Below are positions 8,841 to 17,172 of a DNA stretch of 32,000 nt, in pieces. The notes beneath the pieces were generated by a model. The model was not told where the DNA came from and did no database searches. It worked only from the letters and a program-made list of their open reading frames with translations. Every line of letters starts with the position of its first letter. The first letter of the stretch is position 1. The stretch is from assembly GCF_009557235.1 (NCBI RefSeq), contig NZ_CP045650.1, positions 1,830,001 to 1,862,000 of the forward strand, in the 5' to 3' direction. The translations under genes were made by a program, and so were the position numbers. Source of the stretch: Acinetobacter wanghuae. Its GTDB lineage: Bacteria > Pseudomonadota > Gammaproteobacteria > Pseudomonadales > Moraxellaceae.

Positions 8841-8866
8841 CTTAGATTAGCATTTGAAGTGCAACA
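8841..8866. repeat. IS30-family terminal inverted repeat (transposase 3' side)
   Basis: CTTAGATTAGCATTTGAAGTGCAACA. The transposase stop codon lies inside it. Confidence 0.8.
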
Positions 8867-9789
8867 CCATGTTGTTGCCATAATACCTGACTCGGACTTT
8901 TAAAGCCGAGTCTTTTTCTTGGACGATGATTGATACGGGCTGTTATTTCTGAGATATATTCATCTGTATACTGATTTAAGTCACTTCCCTTTCTAATGTA
9001 TTGTCTGACTAAGCCGTTGGTATTTTCATTCGTACCTCGTTGCCAAGCGCTATAAGGATCTGCGAAATACCAGTCTATTTCTAATTCTTGAGCAACACAT
9101 TCATGCAGACTAAACTCCTTACCATTATCTGCGGTAATCGTCTTGAGCTGATCTTTGATTGGCTCAAGTAAACTGATCGTTGTTTGGCAAACTTCCTCTG
9201 CTTTACGTGAGCTACACTTCTTTAGCCACAAATAACCTGTCTTACGATCTACAATCGAGACCAATGATTGCTGATGATTCTTACCCACAATCGTATCTAT
9301 CTCTAGATCACCGAAACGATGACGCTGTTCAATCTCAATCGGTCTATCATGAATGCTTTTACGATTAGCCAGCTGACCACGAGTTTCAGGAGAGCCGTAT
9401 TTCCTCTTTCTTTGATTTCTGAAACGTAGATGATGAAAGAGAGTACCGCCCTTATTTTTATCCTGTCGTATTAAGCGATAAATTGAATGCAGACTGACTG
9501 AAACACGGGAAGCAATCTGTTCAGGACTCCATTGAAGTTCAAGATAAAAGATGACATTTGCCCATATTTCATCAGGGATTCTTTTAGGATTAGAGCAATG
9601 GCGTCTTCGAGCGAGTTTACTAGCATGCTTAGCGAAATAACCATTTCTAGCTCGATTACGATTGATTTCTCTAGAAATAGTGGAAGGTGAACGATTCAGT
9701 CTCCAAGCAATATAACGTTGAGAAAATCCTTCACGTAACAATGTAAAAATCTGATATCTTTCTTCTTGGGTAAGATGAGTATAGTTCAT
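8842..9789 (-). CDS. IS30-family DDE transposase
   Basis: N-terminal HTH (MNYTHLTQEERYQIFTLLREG) plus a DDE core (LEIDTIVG, ITADNGKEF, TNENTNGLVRQY). I prefer the ATG at 9789 over the ORF-track start at 9822. Confidence 0.92.
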   Translation of the reverse strand: MNYTHLTQEERYQIFTLLREGFSQRYIAWRLNRSPSTISREINRNRARNGYFAKHASKLARRRHCSNPKRIPDEIWANVIFYLELQWSPEQIASRVSVSLHSIYRLIRQDKNKGGTLFHHLRFRNQRKRKYGSPETRGQLANRKSIHDRPIEIEQRHRFGDLEIDTIVGKNHQQSLVSIVDRKTGYLWLKKCSSRKAEEVCQTTISLLEPIKDQLKTITADNGKEFSLHECVAQELEIDWYFADPYSAWQRGTNENTNGLVRQYIRKGSDLNQYTDEYISEITARINHRPRKRLGFKSPSQVLWQQHGVALQMLI

Positions 9790-9861
9790 GATGCAACTTT
9801 GACTTTGGTCGGTCGGAAGCAAAATGCTAGCTCATCTTGCTTCTTTCCAAAATTTAATCTC

Positions 9862-9887
9862 TGTTGCACTTCATTTGAGAATCTAAG
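9862..9887. repeat. IS30-family terminal inverted repeat (transposase 5' side)
   Basis: The reverse complement reads CTTAGATTCTCAAATGAAGTGCAACA and pairs with 8841-8866. Confidence 0.8.
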
Positions 9888-9891
9888 ATAT

Positions 9892-9921
9892 AAAAAAAGC
9901 CCCAAATATGGGGCTTTTTTT
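9892..9921. terminator. Bidirectional rho-independent terminator (ends rpsB-tsf)
   Basis: A7-GCCCC-aaatat-GGGGC-T7, 22 nt after the tsf stop. Confidence 0.9.
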
Positions 9922-9943
9922 AACGTTTACCCGAAGGTAAAAA

Positions 9944-10822
9944 TTATTGTGCAGCAGCAGCCTGAGCAGCAGCAACTTCGTCAGCGAAGCTCATTTCTGC
10001 TTTTTTCTCAATACCTTCACCTACTTCGAAGCGAACGAATTGAGCAACTGTAGTACCAGTTGATTTAAGTACATCAGCAACTTTCTTATCGTTGTCGATT
10101 ACGTACATTTGGTTTTCAAGAACAACTTCGTTCAAGTATTTTTGAACTGAACCAGTGACCATTTTTTCAACGATATTTGCTGGTTTGCCAGATTCGATTG
10201 CTTTCGCTTCAGCGATTTCTTTTTCTTTCGCGATAAGTTCAGCAGATACGTCAGCTTCAGTTACAGCAACTGGGTTGAACGCAGCAACGTGCATTGCAAT
10301 ACCTTTACCAGTTGCAGCATCACCCGCGTAAGAAACAACAACACCAATACGAAGACCGTGTTTGTAAACTGCAAGGTTTTCACCTTCAACAATTTTCGCA
10401 CGACGTACTTGGATGTTTTCACCGATTTTTTGAACAAGTGCAATACGCGCTTCTTCAACAGTGTGACCATCTTCAAGTTTCAATTCAGCGATTTGAGCAG
10501 CTTCAGTTACGTTTGCAGCTAAAGCAGCAGCAGCAACTTTCGCAGAGAAACCAGCAAAGTTTTCGTCTTTAGCAACGAAGTCAGTTTGGCAGTTTACTTC
10601 TAAAAGAATCGCTTTATTGCCTTCTTGAGCAATTGTGATCGCGCCATCAGCTGCGATGTTACCCGCTTTTTTAGCTGCTTTTGCTTGACCAGATTTACGA
10701 AGGTTGTCAATTGCAAGCTCGATGTCACCACCCGCTTCTGTCAACGCTTTTTTACATTCCATCATTGCAAGACCAGTACGATCGCGCAATTCTTTAACCA
10801 TGCTTGCTGTAACTGCAGTCAT
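9944..10822 (-). CDS. tsf: Translation elongation factor Ts
   Basis: 292-aa ORF beginning MTAVTASMVKELRDRTGLAMMECKKALTEAGGDIELAIDNLRKSG, the canonical EF-Ts UBA-like N-terminus, with typical core motifs. Confidence 0.97.
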   Translation of the reverse strand: MTAVTASMVKELRDRTGLAMMECKKALTEAGGDIELAIDNLRKSGQAKAAKKAGNIAADGAITIAQEGNKAILLEVNCQTDFVAKDENFAGFSAKVAAAALAANVTEAAQIAELKLEDGHTVEEARIALVQKIGENIQVRRAKIVEGENLAVYKHGLRIGVVVSYAGDAATGKGIAMHVAAFNPVAVTEADVSAELIAKEKEIAEAKAIESGKPANIVEKMVTGSVQKYLNEVVLENQMYVIDNDKKVADVLKSTGTTVAQFVRFEVGEGIEKKAEMSFADEVAAAQAAAAQ

Positions 10823-10869
10823 GTTTATCTCCTAAATTCGGTAGAAAATGAATTCTTTTAGAACAGAAA

Positions 10870-10894
10870 CGGCCCAGAGGATACTCATGGGCCG
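10870..10894 (-). promoter_or_regulatory. GC-rich hairpin in the rpsB-tsf intergenic region (candidate attenuator or processing-stabilising element)
   Basis: On the minus-strand RNA, CGGCCCA-(11 nt)-UGGGCCG is followed by UUUCUGUUC. It lies between the rpsB stop (10963) and the tsf start (10822). Confidence 0.4.
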
Positions 10895-10962
10895 CCTGCA
10901 TACACGACGCTTACATTGCCACCATTACGTGTCGCAAAAATGACAAGCTAGCGTCTAACGCA

Positions 10963-11709
10963 TTAAGCCTCAGAAGCTGGAGCTTCTTCTGCTTTAGCTT
11001 GTGCATTTGCTTGTGATTGAGCGTATTCTTTACCAGCAATAATCGCATCAGCCATAGCAGAAGCATAAAGAGTTACTGCACGGATCGCATCATCGTTACC
11101 AGGAATAACGTAGTCTACGTTGTCTGGGTTAGAGTTTGTATCAACGATACCGATTACAGGAATACCAAGGTTTTTAGCTTCTTTGATTGCAATTGCTTCG
11201 TGATCAACGTCGATTACGAACAATGCATCAGGTAAACCACCCATGTTTTTCACACCGCCAAGACCGCGTTCAAGTTTTTCCATCTCACGAGTACGCTCTA
11301 AAGCTTCACGTTTAGTAAGCTTAAGGAAAGTACCGTCTTGAGATTGAGTTTGAAGGTCTTTTAGACGGTTGATTGACTGACGAAGCGTTTTCCAGTTAGT
11401 CAACATACCACCTAACCAACGGTGATCAACATATGGTTGACCCGCGCGTTGAGCTTGTTCACGAATGATCGCAGAAGCTGCACGCTTAGTACCAACGAAC
11501 AAAACTTTGTTCTTTTTGCTAGCCAAGTTGTTAGCAAAGTTCAAAGCATCATTTAACGCAGGAACAGTGTGTTCAAGGTTGATGATGTGAATTTTGTTAC
11601 GCGCACCAAAGATGTAATCGCGCATTTTTGGGTTCCAAAAACGAGTTTGGTGACCAAAGTGTGCGCCTGCTTGTAGAAGGTCGCGCATGCCTACGTTGTA
11701 ATCTGCCAT
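10963..11709 (-). CDS. rpsB: 30S ribosomal protein S2
   Basis: [29 protein letters not shown] is the canonical S2 N-terminus. The start at 11709 has AAGGTAAAG upstream. The ORF-track extension to 11760 is not supported. Confidence 0.96.
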   Translation of the reverse strand: MADYNVGMRDLLQAGAHFGHQTRFWNPKMRDYIFGARNKIHIINLEHTVPALNDALNFANNLASKKNKVLFVGTKRAASAIIREQAQRAGQPYVDHRWLGGMLTNWKTLRQSINRLKDLQTQSQDGTFLKLTKREALERTREMEKLERGLGGVKNMGGLPDALFVIDVDHEAIAIKEAKNLGIPVIGIVDTNSNPDNVDYVIPGNDDAIRAVTLYASAMADAIIAGKEYAQSQANAQAKAEEAPASEA

Positions 11710-11802
11710 TTTCTTTACCTTAATGTTTGGGTTAGGCCTCCATATACCCGCATTCTCCACTCTTTTCAGAGCACCCAGAGAAATGTGTCGATATATGTGC
11801 GG
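11710..11802 (-). promoter_or_regulatory. Structured rpsB 5' leader (candidate S2 autoregulatory element)
   Basis: The minus-strand RNA has a nested hairpin at 11753-11782: UUCUC-ugggug-CUCU-GAAA-AGAG-ug-GAGAA. It is closed by CCGCA/UGCGG (11798-11802 with 11748-11752). S2-mediated leader control is established in gamma-proteobacteria. Homology here is not verified. Confidence 0.35.
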
Positions 11803-11918
11803 ATTTTATTGCCCCATCGCACAAAGCCCGCGAAATTTATTCACGAAAAAGCATTTGATAAAATGGGCGGCTATTTATACCATAGTCACATACAAATTTC
11901 CAAAAGTTTTTAGAGATC

Positions 11919-12746
11919 ATGAACAGTACTTACAAAGCGCCAAGTCGACTCATCAAAACCCCTGACGAAATTGAAAAAATGCGTGTGGCGGGACGACTGG
12001 CAGCAGAAGTCTTGGAAATGATCAAACCGCATGTCGTTCCTGGTGTCACAACACTCGAACTTGATACGATTTGTCATGACTATATCGTGAATAAACAAGA
12101 CGCCATTCCTGCATGTCTAGGCTATGGAGCAGCCCCAGGTCGCCCTGCCTTCCAACACGTGATTTGTACTTCTGTGAACCACGTGGTGTGTCACGGTATT
12201 CCATCGGATAGCAAAAAACTGAAAAAAGGCGACATTTTAAATATCGATGTCACTGTCATTAAAGATGGCTACCATGGCGATACCAACATGATGTATATCG
12301 TGGGTGGTGAAACCTCTATTCTTGCAAACCGCCTATGTAAAGTAGCGCAAGAAGCGATGTATCGGGGTATCGAAACTGTAAAACCGGGTGCGACTATTGG
12401 TGATATTGGTCATGCCATTCAGCAATATGTTGAATCTGAACGTTTTGGCGTGGTACGTGAGTATTGCGGTCATGGTATTGGCACTGTGTTCCATGATGAA
12501 CCACAAGTTCTGCATTACGGACAACCTGATACCGGTATGATTTTAGAAGAAGGTATGACCTTCACCATTGAACCCATGGTCAACGGTGGTGATTGGAAAA
12601 CTAAATTATTGGGCGATAAATGGACCGTTGTGACCAAAGATCACAGCCTATCCGCACAATATGAACACACATTGCTTGTGACCAAAAATGGTGTGGAAGT
12701 ATTAACCGCGCGTCCTGAAGAAGATTTATCACGTTTTACTGCATAA
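11919..12746 (+). CDS. map: Type I methionine aminopeptidase
   Basis: 275-aa ORF with the metal-ligand context (DILNIDVT, GYHGDT, GHGIG, FTIEP, YEHT). Confidence 0.95.
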   Translation: MNSTYKAPSRLIKTPDEIEKMRVAGRLAAEVLEMIKPHVVPGVTTLELDTICHDYIVNKQDAIPACLGYGAAPGRPAFQHVICTSVNHVVCHGIPSDSKKLKKGDILNIDVTVIKDGYHGDTNMMYIVGGETSILANRLCKVAQEAMYRGIETVKPGATIGDIGHAIQQYVESERFGVVREYCGHGIGTVFHDEPQVLHYGQPDTGMILEEGMTFTIEPMVNGGDWKTKLLGDKWTVVTKDHSLSAQYEHTLLVTKNGVEVLTARPEEDLSRFTA

Positions 12747-12764
12747 CATTTTAAATACTCAAAG

Positions 12765-12791
12765 AAAGGTTGCCTCAGGGTGACCTTTTTT
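12765..12791 (+). terminator. Rho-independent terminator after map
   Basis: AAAGGTTGCC-tcag-GGTGACCTTT (two G-U pairs) followed by a T run. Confidence 0.75.
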
Positions 12792-13001
12792 ATTAGAAAT
12801 TATGATCAAAATGTACAATTAAACACACTCAAAAAAAAGCATAAATAACACAGTGCTTTACATCGAAAATTAAGATAAACCTCAGCAAATCCAATCTTTT
12901 TTCTTTTTAACTATTGCAAATTATCTTGCCCCATTCATCTGATTTTAGGCTAAGATAATATGCTTTTTTATTTTTTAATCCCTATAAGAAGGAATACCAC
13001 C

Positions 13002-14237
13002 GTGGACGTACGTCTCTCTGATCGTGTGAATGCCATCAAACCGTCCCCTACTCTTGCTGTGACTAACAAAGCTGCGGAATTAAAAGCTGCGGGTCATAAC
13101 GTAATTGGTTTGGGCGCAGGTGAACCAGATTTTGATACCCCAAAACACATCAAAGATGCAGCAATTGCTGCCATTAACAACGGTTTCACCAAATACACCG
13201 CTGTTGACGGTACGCCAGGTCTTAAAAAAGCAATCATTGCTAAATTAAAACGCGATAATAATCTTGACTACGCAGCGAACCAAATTTTGGTATCTTGCGG
13301 TGGTAAACAATCTTTCTTTAACTTGGCTTTGGCTTTGTTAAACAAAGGTGATGAAGTAATTATCCCTGCGCCTTACTGGGTAAGTTACCCAGATATGGTG
13401 ATCATCGCTGAAGGCGTGCCTGTAATTGTGAAATGTGGCGAAGAACAACGCTTCAAAATCACACCTGCACAATTAGAAGCGGCGATCACTGACAAAACAC
13501 GTTTGGTGGTATTGAACAGCCCATCTAACCCAACAGGTATGATCTACACCAAAGCTGAATTAGAAGCATTGGCTGAAGTTCTTCGTAAATATCCAGAAGT
13601 AATGGTTGCTTCTGATGACATGTACGAACCGATCCGTTGGGATGACGAATTCTACAACATCGCAACTGTTGCACCAGATCTATACGATCGCGTAATCGTG
13701 TTGAACGGTGTATCTAAAGCGTATGCAATGACTGGCTGGCGTATTGGCTATGCAGCAGGTCCTGCAAAACTCATCGGTGCGATGAAAAAAATCCAATCTC
13801 AATCAACTTCAAACCCAACTTCTATTTCGCAAGTTGCTGCTGAAGCTGCATTGAATGGTCCGCAAGACGTGCTTGTACCAATGGTTGAAGCATTCAAACG
13901 TCGTCATGACTTGGTGATGAACGGCTTAAATGCAATCAATGGTATCTCTTGCTTACCTGCTGATGGTGCATTCTACGCATACGCAAACATCAAACCATTG
14001 ATTCGTGCCAAAGGTCTTAAATCTTGCACAGAATTCTCTGCATGGTTGTTGGAAGAAACTGGTGTTGCAGTTGTTCCAGGTGATGCATTCGGTCTTGGCG
14101 GCTTCATGCGTATCTCTTACGCAACCGCTGATGAAGTCCTTGTTGATGCGCTTGCACGTATCAAGAAAGCGGCTGACTCAATTGAAGGTGTTGACGCTGC
14201 AATTGCTTCAATCGAAGCTGAAAAAGCTGCAAAATAA
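13002..14237 (+). CDS. Class-I PLP-dependent aminotransferase (aspartate/aromatic aminotransferase type)
   Basis: The PLP-lysine motif SKAYAMTGWRIGY and the NSPSNPTG motif are present. I prefer the GTG start at 13002 (VDVRLSDRVNAIKPSPT), which has an AAGGAA SD at 12989-12994. The ORF-track ATG at 12960 adds an implausible N-terminus. Confidence 0.9.
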   Translation: MDVRLSDRVNAIKPSPTLAVTNKAAELKAAGHNVIGLGAGEPDFDTPKHIKDAAIAAINNGFTKYTAVDGTPGLKKAIIAKLKRDNNLDYAANQILVSCGGKQSFFNLALALLNKGDEVIIPAPYWVSYPDMVIIAEGVPVIVKCGEEQRFKITPAQLEAAITDKTRLVVLNSPSNPTGMIYTKAELEALAEVLRKYPEVMVASDDMYEPIRWDDEFYNIATVAPDLYDRVIVLNGVSKAYAMTGWRIGYAAGPAKLIGAMKKIQSQSTSNPTSISQVAAEAALNGPQDVLVPMVEAFKRRHDLVMNGLNAINGISCLPADGAFYAYANIKPLIRAKGLKSCTEFSAWLLEETGVAVVPGDAFGLGGFMRISYATADEVLVDALARIKKAADSIEGVDAAIASIEAEKAAK

Positions 14238-14255
14238 TCTAATTATTTTAGATTC

Positions 14256-14285
14256 AAAAAACCCGCGTTATTCGCGGGTTTTTTT
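14256..14285 (+). terminator. Rho-independent terminator after the aminotransferase
   Basis: AAAAAACCCGCG-ttatt-CGCGGGTTTTTT. Confidence 0.9.
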
Positions 14286-14401
14286 ATGCTTAAAATTTAA
14301 GTTCTTAATTTTTACATATCGCAGAGTCATTTTTTATCATTGCGAAGTGACTACGCGCCCACTAAGCTCAAATCTAATAAAATTAAAACATGGAATAATA
14401 G

Positions 14402-14833
14402 ATGAGCCTTAAACACCTATCAGGTTTGCAAATCATGCAAGGCATGTGTGATGGCAGCATTCCGATGCCTTCAATGAGCGAGAGAATTCCGATGCTTGCG
14501 GGCACAGTGGAAGCCGGAGTTATAGAATTTACAGTGAGAGCAGACGAGCGTCATTTAAACCCACTCGGTGGTGTACACGGTGGTTTTGCTGCCACGGTGT
14601 TAGATTCAGTTACAGGCTGTGCTGTGTTTTCAATGCTCGATGCGGGTGTGGGTTATGGCACAATTGATTTGAATGTGAAGATGTGCCGCCCTGTACCCAT
14701 AAATACTGAGCTAAAAGCCATTGCTAAAATTATCAACCTCAGCAAAAACTTAGGGATCGCTGAAGGACAACTCATTGATGAACAAGGTCGCCTCTATGCA
14801 CATGCGACAGCAACCTGCATGATCATCCGATAA
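14402..14833 (+). CDS. PaaI-family hotdog-fold thioesterase
   Basis: 143-aa ORF carrying NPLGGVHGGFAATVLDSVTGCA, the typical PaaI/4HBT class II motif. Confidence 0.85.
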   Translation: MSLKHLSGLQIMQGMCDGSIPMPSMSERIPMLAGTVEAGVIEFTVRADERHLNPLGGVHGGFAATVLDSVTGCAVFSMLDAGVGYGTIDLNVKMCRPVPINTELKAIAKIINLSKNLGIAEGQLIDEQGRLYAHATATCMIIR

Positions 14834-14840
14834 CGTTATT

Positions 14841-15299
14841 TTAAGAAATAATACCCAAAGGATGATGCGGAATTTTCTGAAAATGGGTTAAGCCTGAAAT
14901 GGCTTTATATTCAAATAAATGACGCAATAATGAATTTACATTCAATTCAAGGTCTTGTTGCTGCGAGCAAGACCACGCCTTCGATTTATTTTTGCCAGTG
15001 AAACTATTGCCTGTCAATTGATACAAATACACATCATTGCTACGTTCAACGGGATCTTTTTTTAAATTAAACTCAAGCTCAATCAGGTTTCTTTCTGAAG
15101 GCTGAATCAGCCACTTTTCACTAAACCAGAGTTGCAACAAATCCCCCAAACACAATTCGATTCGTGCAAATGGCCAAACATCGACATAAGCTGATTCGAC
15201 TGGAATGTTGTATTGTTCAGGTTGCGCAAGAATTGAAAGATAATTCGCTTGATAAAAAGCAAGATTTTGAAAAATTTGAGGGATGCTGAGCGTAGACAT
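14841..15299 (-). CDS. Hypothetical protein (152 aa)
   Basis: Open frame with a GGAGA SD 6 nt upstream of the ATG at 15299 (MSTLSIPQIF...). The ORF-track start at 15335 lacks an SD. I recognise no motif. Confidence 0.6.
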   Translation of the reverse strand: MSTLSIPQIFQNLAFYQANYLSILAQPEQYNIPVESAYVDVWPFARIELCLGDLLQLWFSEKWLIQPSERNLIELEFNLKKDPVERSNDVYLYQLTGNSFTGKNKSKAWSCSQQQDLELNVNSLLRHLFEYKAISGLTHFQKIPHHPLGIIS

Positions 15300-15496
15300 T
15301 CGCTTTCTCCGGTTTAGCCATTTTTGTGCTGGCAAGTAGGTTTAAATCCACACTGTTTGAACTTTCGATCAAACGACTTTATAAATTTAGACTAGCAATC
15401 AGGTCTCGGTATTGCAAGTTTTTTTCATCATTTTTCAACAATTGTGCAAATTAAAAACAGATGCAGTAAAAACACGAAAAACATGACAGTTTTCGC

Positions 15497-15524
15497 TTGA
15501 CCCTTGTCAAAATCTCTCTATAAT
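15497..15524 (+). promoter_or_regulatory. Sigma70-type promoter of tRNA-Asn
   Basis: TTGACC (15497-15502), a 16-nt spacer, then TATAAT (15519-15524). The -10 element ends 11 nt before the mature tRNA 5' end. Confidence 0.75.
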
Positions 15525-15535
15525 CGCACTCAGAT

Positions 15536-15611
15536 TCTCCAATAGCTCAGTCGGTAGAGCGACGGACTGTTAATCCGCAGGTCCCTGGTTCGAGCCCAGG
15601 TTGGAGAGCCA
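15536..15611 (+). tRNA. tRNA-Asn (anticodon GTT)
   Basis: 76-nt cloverleaf. Acceptor stem is TCTCCAA/TTGGAGA, D arm GCTC..GAGC, anticodon loop CT-GTT-AA, T arm CCTGG-TTCGAGC-CCAGG, with an encoded CCA. Confidence 0.95.
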
Positions 15612-15617
15612 AATACT

Positions 15618-15651
15618 AAAAAGCCCACTCATTGCGAAGTGGGCTTTTTTT
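15618..15651 (+). terminator. Rho-independent terminator after tRNA-Asn
   Basis: AAAAAGCCCACT-cattgcga-AGTGGGCTTTTT with a T7 run. Confidence 0.9.
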
Positions 15652-15711
15652 ATGCCTAGATTTTCATTTGTATACGAAAGCTGTTTATTTAATTTCGTCA
15701 AAACAATAGAT

Positions 15712-15739
15712 AAAAAAATCCCCCATGCTTGGAGGATTT
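15712..15739 (-). terminator. Rho-independent terminator after miaE
   Basis: The minus-strand RNA reads AAAUCCUCC-aagcaug-GGGGAUUU (one bulge) followed by a U run. It lies 24 nt after the miaE stop. Confidence 0.6.
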
Positions 15740-15762
15740 ATAATGCTAAAAAATCATTTCAC

Positions 15763-16416
15763 TTAAGCTGCTTTAATCGGTACACCACTATGGAAGCGGA
15801 ATAGTTCATCAGGCGCTAAAATCAGATTTTTTTCAACTTCACGGATATGTTCAATACGCTGTTGAATATCTTCTTTTGGTTTTGTCAATTTCGCAGTCTT
15901 GGCAATGTCATAGGCTAAGTTCAGATAGTCCTCAAAATGGCGAGATTCCGATTTAAGCAAATAACGGTAGTAACGCCCTAACTCTTCATCAACATGCGGT
16001 GCAAGCGCATAGAAACGCTCACAAGAACGTGCTTCAACAAAAGCACCGACTACCAACACATCAATCAGTGCTTCAGGCTCAAATGTGCGTATTTCTTTAC
16101 GCAAGCCACCTGCATAACGTCCTGCACTTAAGCCGACCCACTCTTGACCGCGTTTATTCATCAGCTCTAAGACTTGCTCATAGTGCAGCATTTCTTCGCG
16201 CACCAATTGTGCTAGCTTCACTTGCAGATCAGTAAAATAACTGTAACGAAACATCAAGTTTACCGCTGTACTTGCGGCTTTTTTCTCACAGTTGGCATGA
16301 TCTTGCATCAAAATATCTAAATTTTGTAATGCTTCATCTAGCCAAGCTTTCGGTGTTTCGCAGCCCAAGAAACCAATCACTGGCTTCATGAGTTCATCAT
16401 AATCAATATTTGACAT
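15763..16416 (-). CDS. miaE: tRNA-(ms2io6A37)-hydroxylase, diiron ferritin-like
   Basis: 217-aa ORF with the MiaE signatures as I remember them from the Salmonella protein (HANCEKKAASTA, EARSCERF, SESRHFEDYL, FRFHSGVP). Confidence 0.8.
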   Translation of the reverse strand: MSNIDYDELMKPVIGFLGCETPKAWLDEALQNLDILMQDHANCEKKAASTAVNLMFRYSYFTDLQVKLAQLVREEMLHYEQVLELMNKRGQEWVGLSAGRYAGGLRKEIRTFEPEALIDVLVVGAFVEARSCERFYALAPHVDEELGRYYRYLLKSESRHFEDYLNLAYDIAKTAKLTKPKEDIQQRIEHIREVEKNLILAPDELFRFHSGVPIKAA

Positions 16417-16433
16417 AAATTTCTTTTCAAATT

Positions 16434-17162
16434 TTAACGGGCAGCTTTAATCACAGCTTTCATTTGTTGAACAGCTTGTGCTAAGCCAATAAATACTGCA
16501 TCTGCAATAATAGAATGACCAATATTCAATTCATGGATTTGAGGAATTGCTGCAATCGGAGTGACATTGTCTAAATTTAGACCATGACCTGCATTGACCA
16601 CCAAGCCTTTTGACGCCGCATATTCTGCACCTTTGACAATACGCTCAAGTTCAGCTTGCTGTGCTTCAGGCGTTTCAGCATCGGCATAAGCACCTGTGTG
16701 TAATTCAATGGTTGGCGCACCACAGGCAATCGCAGCATCAATTTGAGCAATATCCGCATCAATAAACAAAGATACATCACAACCAATTACAGTCAGTTCT
16801 TGAGTGGCTTTTTTCACATCTTCAAAGTGACCCAACACATCTAAACCACCTTCAGTGGTCACTTCTTGACGCTTTTCGGGCACAAAACACACATGTTGCG
16901 GCTGGATTTCTTTGGCAAATGCCACCATTTCATCAGTGACTGCCATTTCCAAATTCATTTGTGTTTTTAAAACAGGACGCATACGACGCACATCATCATC
17001 TTGAATATGACGACGGTCTTCACGTAAGTGCAAAGTAATCCCCTCTGCACCGGCTTGTTCACAGATCAATGCAGCATTGACTGGGTCTGGGTAGGTCGTA
17101 CCACGTGCTTGTCTTAAAGTTGCGACATGGTCAATATTGACACCAAGTAATGCAGCCATCAC
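16434..17162 (-). CDS. pdxJ: Pyridoxine 5'-phosphate synthase
   Basis: 242-aa ORF containing [30 protein letters not shown] and HELNIGH. Confidence 0.95.
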   Translation of the reverse strand: MMAALLGVNIDHVATLRQARGTTYPDPVNAALICEQAGAEGITLHLREDRRHIQDDDVRRMRPVLKTQMNLEMAVTDEMVAFAKEIQPQHVCFVPEKRQEVTTEGGLDVLGHFEDVKKATQELTVIGCDVSLFIDADIAQIDAAIACGAPTIELHTGAYADAETPEAQQAELERIVKGAEYAASKGLVVNAGHGLNLDNVTPIAAIPQIHELNIGHSIIADAVFIGLAQAVQQMKAVIKAAR

Positions 17163-17172
17163 CGTTTCCTCA

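Larger units (their letters stand above)
8841..9887 (-). mobile_element. IS30-family insertion sequence, 1047 bp, apparently intact
   Basis: Single transposase ORF flanked by imperfect 26-bp terminal inverted repeats (22/26 matches, sharing CTTAGATT and TGAAGTGCAACA). Identical 3-bp ATA flanks at 8838-8840 and 9888-9890 are consistent with a target-site duplication. The boundary is ambiguous by 1 nt (GATA also repeats). Confidence 0.88.

Noticed and set aside
9766-10053. Plus-strand 95-aa ORF spanning the IS end, the tsf terminator and the tsf 3' end
   Set aside because: It crosses three unrelated, well-supported features and is antisense to both the transposase and tsf.
10261-10861. A cluster of 71-92-aa ORFs inside tsf, on the plus strand and in an alternative minus-strand frame (10261-10476, 10289-10522, 10294-10572, 10625-10861)
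   Set aside because: They lie entirely within the strongly supported EF-Ts gene and have low-complexity, Cys/Phe/Gln-rich translations. They are artefacts of the biased codon usage of a highly expressed gene.
14289-14301. Perfect 13-nt palindrome CTTAAAATTTAAG upstream of the PaaI gene
   Set aside because: It is pure A/T apart from the terminal C/G. Such palindromes are frequent by chance in AT-rich spacers, and there is no second copy or associated regulator.
14005-14412. Plus-strand 135-aa ORF overlapping the 3' end of the aminotransferase
   Set aside because: It is out of frame with a well-supported gene and reads straight through the strong terminator at 14256-14285.
15601-15804. Plus-strand 67-aa ORF
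   Set aside because: It starts inside tRNA-Asn and runs through that tRNA's terminator and the miaE terminator. It is not a plausible gene.
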